DNA of 64,000 nt from an uncultured Phycisphaerales bacterium (GTDB taxonomy: Bacteria; Planctomycetota; Phycisphaerae; WQYP01), in the NCBI GenBank assembly GCA_963766775.1, contig CAVYBP010000001.1, positions 128,239-192,238 on the forward strand, given 5' to 3'. Position 1 is the stretch's first letter. Every line of letters starts with the position of its first letter. The position numbers and the translations under genes are program-made. The notes beneath the pieces are model-generated. The model saw only the letters and a program-made list of their open reading frames with translations, was not told the origin of the DNA and did not search any database. Positions 28,028 to 38,465 of this stretch are shown in pieces.

Positions 28028-28528
28028 TCATGGATTTGCGGTCCCTGTGCCGGGCTTGGGGTGGTTGGGACGGTCGGCGGCCGTGTGGAGGTGAATGTCT
28101 TCGACTTGGGTAGTTTCGCCGGCTTTTACGGTAACGAGTTCTCGGGCGATTCCGAAGCCCGAGCCTTTCTTGCCGGCGATGACGCGGACCTTGCCGACCG
28201 GGACATCAGTGAGGGTGTAGGTGCCATCGTCAGCGGTCGTCGTCTTGGCGAGGGGATGCATGCGGGATTTTTCCGTCGTCGGAGGTGCGTCGGCGGCAGG
28301 TTTGTTGGCGGGATTTCTGCGGGCGGCGAGAGTTCCCGGAACAAGGGCGGCGACGTTGACGCCTTTTGCGGGCTGGCCTTTGTCATCGAGCACTTTTCCG
28401 GTGAGCGTGCCAGTGGCTCGCGTGGGGCCTTCCTCGGCGCGGGCGATCGACGAGAGGATTCCCGCGGCGGCGATCGCGATGGCGACGACGGTGAGGCTGA
28501 ACGAATGTCTGAACGTGCGCATGGTCAT
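28028..28528 (-). CDS. carboxypeptidase-regulatory-like domain secreted protein
   Basis: ATG at 28528 follows GGAAGGAA. Signal peptide MTMRTFRHSFSLTVVAIAIAAAG. GTLTGKVLDDKGQP..GVNV...TTADDGTYTLTDVPVGKVRV is the CarboxypepD_reg pattern. Confidence 0.65.
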   Translation of the reverse strand: MTMRTFRHSFSLTVVAIAIAAAGILSSIARAEEGPTRATGTLTGKVLDDKGQPAKGVNVAALVPGTLAARRNPANKPAADAPPTTEKSRMHPLAKTTTADDGTYTLTDVPVGKVRVIAGKKGSGFGIARELVTVKAGETTQVEDIHLHTAADRPNHPKPGTGTANP

Positions 28529-28704
28529 TTCCTTCCTGAATGGCGTTTTTATTTGACCCGCCGGGAGCATTCCGGGGCGGCATATTCCATTGTTGGATGT
28601 ACGCCGCACGGAAGCAAAAGTTTCAGGAAGATCGGGCCGTTGGAAGGGTTTTGGGGGACCGGGTATAGTGCGGCGCTTCATGTTTTTTTGATGATGAGGC
28701 AGAT

Positions 28705-29797
28705 GTGGCAGAGCTGAAACGAACGCCGTTTTTTGATTTTCATGTGAAGTCCGGCGCGAAGATGGTGGACTTCGCGGGGTGGGAGATGCCGTTGTTGTAC
28801 ACCGGGATTATTCCCGAGCACGAGCACACGCGCACGGCGGCGAGCATCTTTGATGTCTCCCACATGGGGCGATTGAAGTTTACTGGCAAAGGGGCGGAGG
28901 CATTTTTACAGAAGGTCTGCACGCGCAATGTCGGCAAGGGGATCGCGGGGCAGTCGATGTACTCGCTGGTGTGCAATGAGCATGGGAATGTGCTGGATGA
29001 TGTGATTGTGTCGCGAGCCGAGAATTACTGGTTCATGGTTTGCAATGCGAGCAATCGGGAGAAGCTGTTGGCATGGTTTGAGAAGGTGGGGATGGAAGGG
29101 CGGAGTTGGAGGATGAGACGGGGAAGAGCGCGATGGTGGCGATTCAGGGGCCGCGGGCGGTGGAGTTGCTGGACAGCGTCCTGCCGGAGCCCGTGTCCGA
29201 TTTAAAGCGTTATCACTTTGAAACAATGCGCTACATGATGGTGGTGCAGTTCACGGTGTTTCGCTCTGGGTACACAGGTGAGGATGGCGCGGAGATTATT
29301 TGCGGGAACACGGCAGCAGGGATGGCCGTGAATTATTTGATGAAGGGGGACGGCGAGCATCAGATTTTGAAGCCGGCGGGATTGGGTGCGCGGGACACGC
29401 TACGGCTGGAGGCGGGGATGCCGTTGTACGGGCATGAGTTGACGGAGGATGGCGATCCGCTCAGCGCGGGACTGGGATGGGCGGTCGATTTGACGAAGGA
29501 TTTTATTGGGGTTGAGGCGCTGCGGAAGATTCAGGCGGAGGGATTGAAGAGGAAGCTCGTGGGGCTATTGATTGATGGGCCTCGGGCGGCGCGGCAGGGG
29601 ATGAATGTGATGCGGGACGGGCGCGTGGTCGGTGTGGTAACGTCGGGGGCGATGTCGCCGACGTTGAAGCGCCCGATCGCGATGGCGTATGTGGACACGG
29701 GCGAGTCTGCGGTTGGGACGGCATTGGGCGTGGATTGCGCGGGAATGTGCTGGGGGCGACCGTGACCCCGCTTCCGTTCTATAAGCGCGCGAAGTAA
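28705..29797 (+). pseudogene. gcvT: glycine cleavage system T protein (aminomethyltransferase), at least 2 frameshifts as assembled
   Basis: Fragment 28705..29205 (TPFFDFHVKSGAKMVDFAGWEMPL.Y, FDVSHMG). Fragment 29106..29765 (AMVAIQGP, FRSGYTGEDGAEI). The conserved tail ..TPLPFYKRAK stops at TAA 29795..29797 in a third frame. Confidence 0.88.
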
Positions 29798-29863
29798 ACT
29801 GTTTTCGCTTTATCCGGTTCATTTTTATTGGGTCCGCGATTTACCTTTTATTCCGAGGTTTTT

Positions 29864-30244
29864 ATGGCCGCTCCGTCCGATCGCAAGTACTCCTCCTCCC
29901 ACGAATGGCACAAGCAGGACGGCGACGTGGTCACGATTGGCATTACGCAGTTTGCGGTGGATGAGCTGACCGACATCACCTATGTGGACCTGCCCGCAGT
30001 CGGTAAACAGGTGACAGCGGGGAAATCCTTCGGCGAGATCGAGTCGGTAAAGGCGACGAGTGAGCTCTATTCCGGCGTGACGGGCGAAGTAGTGGAGGTG
30101 AACGGGGCGTTGAAGGATGATCCGTCGCTGGTGAACTCGGATCCGTTCGGTCGCGGATGGATGATTAAGGTGAAGGCGGTCAGTGGGGGGGGGGATTTGG
30201 GGGGGATGATGACGGGGGAGGCGTATAATGCGAAGCATGGGTGA
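29864..30244 (+). CDS. gcvH: glycine cleavage system H protein
   Basis: YSSSHEWHK, lipoyl-lysine motif GEIESVKATSELYSGV, and DPFGRGWMIKV. Confidence 0.92.
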   Translation: MAAPSDRKYSSSHEWHKQDGDVVTIGITQFAVDELTDITYVDLPAVGKQVTAGKSFGEIESVKATSELYSGVTGEVVEVNGALKDDPSLVNSDPFGRGWMIKVKAVSGGGDLGGMMTGEAYNAKHG

Positions 30245-30308
30245 AGGAGGAAGGCGGGGGGGGGAGGAGTGAAAGGTTAAAAAGTAAAGGCGTAAAGGGG
30301 GGCATTTT

Positions 30309-30590
30309 TCAAGTATGGGGAGCGCTTCGCCGGCCCGTGGGACGCGTGCGGTCGCCCTTACCGAGGAGCAGGCCGCGAACGGAAATATCTTCATCCAGGG
30401 CATCCCAATGCAGACCGGCTCCTCCGCCGCTGATGGTAAACTTTTTTCGTTGTGCGGGAGTGGCATTCAAAAGGCGCGGGAAATAGGTGAGGGGAACGCC
30501 GAGTTGCCGACCATCGTTGAGCTCAACCCAAAAGGTATCCGCGTCAAAACGTACTTTTTTGCAGAGCGGTTCAGAGGTTAAAATACTCAT
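30309..30590 (-). CDS. DUF2442 domain protein
   Basis: FWVELNDGRQLGVPLTYFPRL..ATP.QR..F.ISGGGAGLHWDALDEDISV is the DUF2442 pattern. Confidence 0.8.
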   Translation of the reverse strand: MSILTSEPLCKKVRFDADTFWVELNDGRQLGVPLTYFPRLLNATPAQRKKFTISGGGAGLHWDALDEDISVRGLLLGKGDRTRPTGRRSAPHT

Positions 30591-30816
30591 CCCAGTAGTC
30601 CTTGATTTCTGACGAATTCCGGACGATTAGTTTAGCTATTTTATTCAATTCCGTTGCGGAAAATCCATAAGATTCCGCTAGCTCCACACGAGGATCGATC
30701 CAGAACTTCGCGAGTCGCTCTCCACAACGAACGTGAATATGCACGGGCTCAAGAGGATCACCTTCATTGCTGAAAAAGAAGAAACGGCAGCCGCGATGTC
30801 GAAAGACGACGGGCAT
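30571..30816 (-). CDS. DUF4160 domain protein
   Basis: FRHRGCRFFFFSNEG.P.EPVHIHV..GE..AKFWIDP is the DUF4160 pattern. It overlaps the downstream DUF2442 gene by 20 nt. Confidence 0.8.
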   Translation of the reverse strand: MPVVFRHRGCRFFFFSNEGDPLEPVHIHVRCGERLAKFWIDPRVELAESYGFSATELNKIAKLIVRNSSEIKDYWDEYFNL

Positions 30817-30825
30817 GCAATGTCC

Positions 30826-31587
30826 TTACTTTTTCGTTTCCTGCTGGGTGGCGATGGCTTCTTTTTTCGCCTGATCATTTTCGCCGAGGACATCGTCGAC
30901 GAGGCCGTAGGCCTTGGCTTCATAGGCGTCGAAGTATTTGTCGCGTTCCTGATCTTCCGAGATGCGCTCGACGGTTTGGCCGGTGAGCTTGGCAAGAAGG
31001 TCCGTGAGCGTCTTCTTGGTTTTAAGAATTTCCTGTGCCTGGATGGCGATATCCTCCGCCTGGCCCCAGATGCCGCCGAAGGGCTGGTGGATCATCACCT
31101 TGGCATGCGGGAGCGCGTACCGTTTGCCTTTGGCACCCGCGGCAAGGATCACGGCACCGCCGGACATGGCCTGGCCGATGACAAACGTCTGAACGTCGCA
31201 AGTCAGGAACTTCATCGTGTCATACATCGCGAGGGTGTCATCCACGGAGCCGCCCGGAGAATTGATGTAGAGCATGATGTCCTGGGATTTTTGGAGCGAC
31301 TGCAAATAGAGGAGTCGCATGATGACGTTGTAGGAGGAGACGTGGTTGATCTCGCCGACGAGGAAGACGACGCGATTCTCAAGGAGCATCTGATCGACGG
31401 TCATTTCACGGTAGCGCTGATAGTCGCCCGCGATACGCGGCGCGATGGCATGATGGCCGGCCGAACCGGGCAAGAGGTCCGGAAGCATGCTGCCGAGGGC
31501 GTCCACCTGATAGGCGGCCCCGGGGGTGTTGGCGATGCGTTGCTGGGTCGGGAGGACAAGTTTGCCATTAGAATCGTAAAGCGACAT
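30826..31587 (-). CDS. clpP: ATP-dependent Clp protease proteolytic subunit, with N- and C-terminal extensions
   Basis: YINSPGGSV, catalytic-Ser context GQAMSGGA, MIHQP, ..ERD.YF.A.EA..YGL.D.V. Confidence 0.9.
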   Translation of the reverse strand: MSLYDSNGKLVLPTQQRIANTPGAAYQVDALGSMLPDLLPGSAGHHAIAPRIAGDYQRYREMTVDQMLLENRVVFLVGEINHVSSYNVIMRLLYLQSLQKSQDIMLYINSPGGSVDDTLAMYDTMKFLTCDVQTFVIGQAMSGGAVILAAGAKGKRYALPHAKVMIHQPFGGIWGQAEDIAIQAQEILKTKKTLTDLLAKLTGQTVERISEDQERDKYFDAYEAKAYGLVDDVLGENDQAKKEAIATQQETKK

Positions 31588-31739
31588 TTGGTTTCCTCAA
31601 TTGGGGTGAAAGCGAGAGAATCATAGCGGAGAAATACGAAACACAAAACGCAAAACGCAAAACTCGAGAGAAATGGTCGTCTGGCGGTGCGGTCGGGGGC
31701 GTGTAAAATACGGGACTGTCCGGTCTGGAAGGAGCATTT

Positions 31740-32479
31740 ATGACATTGGCGGTGATTTTTCCGGTGGTGGCGCCCGGGTTCGCGGGGAAGGCGCCGCGCG
31801 GCCGTTTTCTAAAATTGATGGGCGGGAGGTCTTTTTGCGGTCGGTCGAGTTGTACACCTCGCGAGCCCAGGTGCAGCAGCGGATCGTCGTCGTGCGGCCG
31901 GACGATCTCGAGACAATGCAGGAGCGCTTTTCCGCGCACCTGGGTTTTCAGGGCGTGACCGTCGCGGGCGGCGGGAGCGACTGGTTCGGTTGCGTGGGGC
32001 GTGGGCTGGAGAAATTGGATGCGTCGATTGAGACCGTGATCGTGCATGACCCATGTTGCCCCGCGGTGCCGTTTACGTTGCTGGATGTGCTGGAGGAAAC
32101 GTTGGCGAAGTCCAAGGGGTGCGGCGGGATTGTGCCGGTGCTGCCGACACGGAATGGATTTGCGGATCTGGATAGCGAGCGGCGAGTGTCCGAGTACGTC
32201 GAGATGGCAAAGGTCAGCGAAGTGCAATCGCCGCAGATTTTTAGACGGAAGGCATTGGTGGAGGGGTATGCGAAACGCACGGCAGACGGAAACGTATTCG
32301 TGGATGACGCAGAACTGGTAATGCACGCAGGCTATGCCGTCGGAACCGTGGCAGGATCGCGGTTCAATATCCGCATGGATTCAGACGAAATGGTGCGGCT
32401 GGGAAAAGATTTGATCGAGCATTTGCCAAAGGCAAAAGGCCGAACACCCCTGATGCCATTCGGCGAAGCGGAGTGGTGA
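31740..32479 (+). pseudogene. ispD: 2-C-methyl-D-erythritol 4-phosphate cytidylyltransferase, one frameshift at a T5 run as assembled
   Basis: ATG at 31740 gives MTLAVIF. The rest (GGGARVRGEGAARPFSKIDGREVFLRSVE ... VIVHDPCCP ... QSPQIF) lies in ORF 31673..32479. The frames join at GATTTTTCC (about 31757). Confidence 0.82.
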
Positions 32480-32594
32480 GGAAGGGGTAATTGGTAATTA
32501 GTAATTAGTAATTGGGATGGCTCAGGCTTCGTGGGCTCCTGCCACCCTTGAACCCTTATACCCTTGAACCCTTGAACCCTGTATTCTCGCACCC

Positions 32595-35523
32595 TCAAGC
32601 ATTGACATAGTTGAGTGCATTAAAGTTCGCGGCAAACGTCGCGAAGTCGATGGTGACGATGCCGTCGTTGGGGTTGCCGTCATTGCCCGCTCCGTCGACG
32701 CCCCAGGGGTTGCGAAGTTGAACCATGACCGCGCCGGAGCCGCTTCTGAAGGCACCAATGACACTGTAGACGTGAGATTGAATCAGAGGCGCACCGGCCC
32801 GCACCACGCCGTTGGTGCTCGCGACAACCGCATGACCCGCGGAAAGATTCGAATTAATCACTGACAGCACGGAACTGTCCGGGGTGGCATTGGGTGTGAG
32901 CGCGTTCGTGCTCATTCCGAGGTCGGAGAATGTCGAGGATTGCGAGCCCCAGTTGAGCGAGGCATAGCTGTCCGCGCCGGTGCGGAAGTCGGCATAGGCT
33001 TTTTCAAAGAGAGAGCCCCATTCGTTGCCGTTGGCACCGGGGGTGGCATTGCCGAGGCCATCGGACCAGTATCCAGCAGCGAGGTCGCCGTCGACGCGGA
33101 CATACGTGTTGGTGCCACCGCGGACAAAGCGGAAGGCGTACGTGCCATCGCCAAGATCGACCGCCATATTCATCAACTTCTGCGGCTCCGAATAAGCCAT
33201 CGACGCCAGCGGCGCGAGGAAGTAGCAATCGGAGAGGCCGGTCTGATTGATGTCGTTCATCGTCGGCCCGGTGCCCCAGAACGAAGAATTGGTGAGGCGG
33301 ATTTCGGTGCCGGAATCGGTGGGATCAGCGAGATTTTGTCCGTAGAGATTGCGCGAGACACCTTGAAAGAAGCCGCCGACGCGGTTCACGCCCTTGAGCG
33401 CGGTTTCCGCACTGCTCGCATGGACGGTGTCGGCGTTGTTAACCCAGTAAGCGGTATTGACGCCATTGCCGGTGACATTATTAACGCCATTGCCGATGGT
33501 GACGATGGTAGCCTTGCCGGTGGTGAGGTTGTAGATCGTGTCGTTTCCGTCCCCGCCGTAGATGAGCGTGGCGATGTTGACGGAGGAATTGACGACGATC
33601 GTGTCGTTGCCGTTGGCACCGTAGATTTTGAGGTCGCCGAAGGTGTTGTCGTACGTGGTGGTTTGCCCGTTGGCGACGATGTTAAGGACGCCGCCCGATT
33701 GAGTAACGGCAATGCTGTCATTGCCGCTGGTGCCCGTGATGACAAGTTCGTTGAAAGACGTTTCGTTGCGGATGGAGAAGGTGACGCCCCCAACAGGGGC
33801 CGGGGCGGGCGGCGGAGCCGGCGTTTGCGTCCCGATGGAGGCAGCGGCGGAACGCGTCTCGCCGCCGGTGTTGAACGCGCCGACTTCATAAGCGTAGCTC
33901 GTGCCGCTGCTGAGACCGGAGTCGGTCCAGGTCGTAACGCCCGCGTCGGCAGTCGTGACGAGCATGAAGTTCGTGCCATCGGTGGAGCGGTAGACGTGAT
34001 AGCCGGTTTGCCCGCCGGGGGCGGACCAGCTTAAGGTGATCGCGGAAGTCGTGACGTTGGAAAACGCGAGATTCGTTGGGGCAGCGGGCGCGGTGATGGG
34101 AGCCGGTGGGGTCTGGGTGATGGTCTGTGAGGCAGTGGTGGTGACGGAAATCGCCCCGGAGGTGGCTTGCCCGCCCGCATTCCTCGCCGCGACTTTGTAC
34201 CAATAAGTGGTGCCGGCATTCAGGCTGCTGTCGTTGTAGTGCGTGTCGTTGGAACCAGTGCTGCCGATGGCAGCGAAATTGGTCCCGTCAACGGAACGGT
34301 AGATGCGATAGCCGGTTTGATTCGTCGCGGTCGGAGCCCATGAAAGCGTGAGGCTGCTGGTCGTGACATTGCTTGTGGCCAGGCTCGTTGGAGCACTGGG
34401 CAATGCGACCAAAGTGGAGACGGTCGACGCATCGGACAATTCGTTGGCGGTGGAATTCCATGCCCCGATTTCATAGGCGTAGCCGGTCTGAGCAGTCAGG
34501 CCGGAGTCCGTGAAGGAACTGGTGTTGGCATCCACGTTTCCGACGAGAGTATAGGATTGCCCGTCCGTCGAGCGGTAGATGCGATAGCCGCTGATGTTGG
34601 TGGAGGGATCAGACCAGGAGAGCGTGACGCTGCTGCCAGTGACATTCGAGAAGGTCGGCGCGGTGGGAGCTTCAGGACCGGTGGGGCCGGAGAGGGTGGG
34701 TGGGGGGGTGATCGGAGCGGGCGTGACGACCGGTGTTCCGAGAGTGGCAGCAGTAAAGGGAACGCTGGCATACGTCTCGCCGGCGCCATTCCATGCGGAA
34801 AGTTCGTAGAAGTAAGTGGTGCCCTCGGGAAGCTGCGAATCCGTAAATGCGTGAGCATTGCCTTTGAGGCTGGCGATGAGCGTATAAGCTTGGCCGTCCG
34901 TGGAACGGTAGAGATGGAAGCCCGCTTGCGTCGTGGCGTTTTCCTTCCATGAAAGGGTGATCGAAGAAGTCGTGCTCTTGGCGTCCACAAGCGAGGTCGG
35001 TGCAACCGGCGGCGGCGGAGGCAATAAAGTGATCGACTTCGACGCATCCGACGGAGTCGCGCTCGTTTTATTGAACACGGTGACGCGATACACGTAGGTC
35101 GCCCCGGAAAGAGCCGTCTTGTCGGTGAAGCTCGTTTTGGAAGCACTTACAATCGCGATTTGTTTGAAAATTGTTCCGTCAGCGGAACGCTCAATGCGGA
35201 AACCCTTATTATTGGCGCTGTTGTTCACCCAGGTGATCGTGATCGCTTTGGTCGTGGAGGAGACATTGATGTTGGGGGCGGGAGATGTTGCGCCGTTGCG
35301 CGCGACCAGGGGGGCAAGGCCATTTCTGTCTGAACCCGCCATCGAGACGGCACGGCTCGCGCCGGACTGCAGAGAAATCAACTTCGTGCGATTCCCCAGG
35401 AGAGAGCGCTGCTCTGCGCATGAATGCCGAAGGCCGTCGGGGGGCGGCAGCGCCCGCGAGGGTCGAGAGGTTGAAGCGGGATTCAAGATTTTCAATCGCG
35501 AGAGTAGTGGGTCGAGCGGCCAT
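32595..35523 (-). pseudogene. secreted FN3-repeat + RTX-like repeat + calpain-type (peptidase C2) cysteine protease, N-terminal frameshift at a G6 run as assembled
   Basis: Leader MAARPTTLAIENLESRFNLS lies in ORF 35209..35523. The body in ORF 32595..35495 has about 5 FN3 units (..GF/YR.YRS.DG..), GSGNDSI/GANGNDTI/GGDGNDTI repeats, and the calpain triad context LSDCYFLAPLASMAY, HVYSVIG, RNPWG. Confidence 0.82.
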
Positions 35524-35808
35524 GGATCATGCCCCTGTAAGACAAATGAAGCGGATGAAACTTCAAATACGTTGGGGGGCGAGTCAAAAGATAATGTGGG
35601 GAATTTGCAGAGATTAACGTCTGCTAATGTTTTGATCGGAAGGAGAGCGATAATGGTGCGAGAACTGCCGAAACACGTGCAAAACAGTATGTCCGAGAAT
35701 AAATGAGCATAAAAAAATCGCGGCAGCCCCCCCTCCCCCCACCACCCCCGGAGTTCACGCTTCAGCGTGTCTCCCCCCTAACGCACTTCAACCATACATA
35801 TAAAGGGC

Positions 35809-35837
35809 ATTCCGAGACGCGACCGTAAGGGAGCGTT
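35809..35837. repeat. solo arm of the REP/MITE-like palindromic family
   Basis: ATTCCGAGACGCGACCGTAAGGGAGCGTT is 26/29 identical to the left arm at 27842..27870. It shares an exact 18-mer (35818..35835) with 60619..60636. Confidence 0.8.
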
Positions 35838-35894
35838 AAATAAAATCGAACATCCCCCCCTTATCCCCCACCCATAAAATAGCAATCCAACCCC

Positions 35895-36983
35895 TCAGTC
35901 ATTAAATAAGAAATGCGCAATATCCCCATCATGCATAACGTACGTCTTTCCTTCAGACCGCATTTTCCCCGCTGCCTTGATCGCGGATTCAGTCTTGAGC
36001 GCCATCAGGTCCGCGAAATTATAGATCTCCGCCCGGATGAACCCTTTCTCAAAATCAGTATGAATCACGCCGGCAGCCTGAGGAGCCGTCGCACCAATCG
36101 GGATCGTCCACGCACGGATTTCCTTCGGGCCTGCCGTAAAGTAGCTCGAGAGCCCAAGCAGCTTGTACGCCTCTCGCGTCAGCGTGTTCAGCGCCGGCTC
36201 CGTCATCCCATAATCCGCCAGCATCACCGCGCGGTCTTCCGCAGGCAGCTCCGCAAGTTCCGATTCCAGCTTCCCGCATACCGGCACCACGCCGCCTTCT
36301 TCCTTCGCCGAACGCTCGCGCACCTTTTGAACCATCGGCCCCTTCCCCGTGGGATCAGATTCATCCACGTTCGCCACGTACAGGACCTTCTTCGACGTCA
36401 TCAGGCCCAGCGGCTTGATCAGCTTCGAATCGTCCGCCTTCAACCCCATCGCCCGAACCGGAATCCCCTTCTGCAAATGGATGATCACATTTTCAATGAT
36501 CGGCACCGCCGCAAGCGCATCCTTATCCCCCGCGCGGGCGAGTTTGCGGTGCTTGTCGATCGACTTCTCCACCGTCTCCAGATCGGCATACATCAACTCG
36601 GTATCAATAGTGTCAATGTCGCGCAATGGATCGACGCTGCCCTCGACATGCGTGATTTCCCCACCCTCAAAGCAGCGCACAACATGCAGCACCGCATCCA
36701 CTTCCCGAATATGCGACAAAAACTTGTTCCCCAGCCCTTCACCCTTGGACGCCCCGCGCACAATTCCGGCGATGTCGACGATCCGCAACAACGCCGGCAC
36801 TAATTTTTCCGATGCGATATGCACGCGAATCTTTTCCAACCGCTCATCAGGCACCGCCACGACGCCGACGTTGGGCTCTATGGTGGCAAACGGATAATTC
36901 GCAGCCAGCGCGCCCGCATTGGTCAGCGCGTTGAAGATAGTGGACTTCCCGACATTGGGCAGACCGACAATACCGACTTCCAT
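35895..36983 (-). CDS. ychF: ribosome-binding ATPase YchF
   Basis: ATG at 36983 gives [21 protein letters not shown]. The C-terminal TGS-like end is ..[14 protein letters not shown]. Confidence 0.95.
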   Translation of the reverse strand: MEVGIVGLPNVGKSTIFNALTNAGALAANYPFATIEPNVGVVAVPDERLEKIRVHIASEKLVPALLRIVDIAGIVRGASKGEGLGNKFLSHIREVDAVLHVVRCFEGGEITHVEGSVDPLRDIDTIDTELMYADLETVEKSIDKHRKLARAGDKDALAAVPIIENVIIHLQKGIPVRAMGLKADDSKLIKPLGLMTSKKVLYVANVDESDPTGKGPMVQKVRERSAKEEGGVVPVCGKLESELAELPAEDRAVMLADYGMTEPALNTLTREAYKLLGLSSYFTAGPKEIRAWTIPIGATAPQAAGVIHTDFEKGFIRAEIYNFADLMALKTESAIKAAGKMRSEGKTYVMHDGDIAHFLFND

Positions 36984-37099
36984 GGAGGCCTCGGGGGTGA
37001 GGGGACGAAAAACAGGTCGCACGCGGCGAGCCGGGCATTGTAAAAGCCGCCAGCAAAAACATAAAGCACGGTGATCCACGCGCCGCACTGTTGTGCGTG

Positions 37100-38465
37100 G
37101 GGTCTGCTCCAAAGTAGTAGGTGGAATTTAAGCGGCAAGAAGCGGTTTGCGGCTCCAGAGGATTTTTTGTTCTCCGTTGGCGTAGCAGCAGCGGAGGCTG
37201 AGCATGCTTTGGCAGCCTTGATCGGACCAGCGCGGAGAGCCGCGTTTCATGCGCGCGTGGATCAGATTCTTGCAGTCCCCTTCGATCGCTCCCGAGCCGA
37301 TATCCAAGCCCCGCTCGCGGTAACGCTTGTAATCCATCCGGCTCCGGTGACGTTCCAAATAGCCCGTCAACTCCTCGATCGAATCACGCTTTCCCCGCGC
37401 CCGTCGATGCTCCTCCTTGAGTTCCACAACAACGTCTCCAGCGATCCGGCGAACTCACCGCACCTTTGCGTTCCCTCCCCATGAAGCGCTTTGGCCGTCG
37501 AGAACAAATGCTCCCTGGCGTGATACCAATCCACAATCTGCGTCGCCGCGTCGGCAATCGGTCCCAGATGGTTCCATATCCAGGGAATCCCATCCCCCAA
37601 TAACACGCTCTCTCTTGCGTTCTCCAGACCCGATACATGCATGCACCCCCACGCCAGTTTGGCAAAACCCTCCACTTCTTCATTGCGGCATAAGTGCCGG
37701 GAATGCCATGTTCCTTGCGCATCCTGATGCCGGCAGATCAAGGCCTTGACCTCATGCCACCCATCGAGCCGATGCACCATCGCTCCGTCGGCTTCTACAT
37801 ACAGCCTTCCGACACTGGCCGCCGCGAGATCATGGCGATTGTTTTGGACTTGCTCCGCCGCTTCCTCTTCCCTCTGGTCCGCAGCCCTTCCCACCCCGCG
37901 CGTGATGCGATTGATGGTATTGGGAGAAAGACGCCTGCCCAGCACTGTCTGTAATTGTTCAGCCGCCTCGCGGAACGGCATCGCCTGCGACAGGCTCACC
38001 GCCACTTTCGCCAAAGGCACGCTTAGACAGCGCGTGCCCCACCCCTGCTTTTGGTCATAAGGCAACTGGCCGCTGTGGCATTTGGCGCAGTGATAATACG
38101 CACGCCGCACCGACAAGGGTCCGAAGAGCGTTTCGAGATTGCGGGGTCTATACCCGACAAAACGCATGTCGCCTCCGCAGACGCATGCCCGGCTGGAGCC
38201 TTCATATCCCAGTTGGCGTTGCTGATCCATGTGCATCTGAAATGCCCCTGTCCCCAGTCGCGACAACAGATCCCGCAGCCCCTCTTCGAGCTGTCCCAGA
38301 TCCTCCGTCAACAGTCCCTCTTCGCCGGCGAACGCCAGCACGTCCTGTGCAAGCTTGCTAAACTCCATGATCGATGGCCCTCCTGTGCCTATAAACGAAT
38401 CGTTCCAATCCGTTTTAGGCAGGGTTGGGCCATCTTTCTTTTACCTACTATGTTGGAGCAGACCC
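37100..38465 (-). mobile_element. ISKra4-family-like insertion sequence (1366 bp) with 23-bp terminal inverted repeats and 9-bp target site duplication
   Basis: IR-L 37100..37122 is GGGTCTGCTCCAAAGTAGTAGGT. The reverse complement of 38443..38465 is GGGTCTGCTCCAACATAGTAGGT (21/23). Direct repeats TTGTGCGTG lie at 37091..37099 and 38466..38474. Confidence 0.88.
37128..38368 (-). pseudogene. ISKra4-family-like DDE transposase, split into two overlapping ORFs (37367..38368 and 37128..37427)
   Basis: ..LGDGIPWIWN...IVDWYHAREHL.. is in the first ORF and ..YLERHRSRMDYKRYRERGLDIGSGAIEGDCKNLI.ARMKR.. is in the second. Family assignment is from memory of these motifs. Confidence 0.75.

Noticed and set aside
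27756-28094. 112-aa ORF in the gap between the IDH-family gene and the CarboxypepD_reg gene.
   Set aside because: Its middle is the translation of the 80-bp palindromic element (..FRDAPVRKRL...LPDGRVSES..). There is no RBS or homology, so it is most likely spurious.
28529-28704. Possible glycine riboswitch in the 176-nt leader of gcvT.
   Set aside because: The context is right, and there are weak resemblances (GGGAGC at 28563..28568, CGCACGGAAGCAA at 28604..28616, TCAGGAAGATCGGGCC at 28623..28638). However, the spacing between the conserved blocks is too short for the P3 elements as I remember the consensus, and I could not build a convincing P1. It needs cmsearch with RF00504. A hit above the gathering threshold would overturn this rejection.
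33041-33060. Sigma54-type promoter (TGGCAC-N5-TTGC), searched for because a sigma54 activator is encoded in the window. Candidates were at 33044, 24868 and 41208.
   Set aside because: All TGGCAC occurrences I checked lack a correctly spaced TTGC/GC element, or lie inside or antisense to coding sequence. None is supportable.
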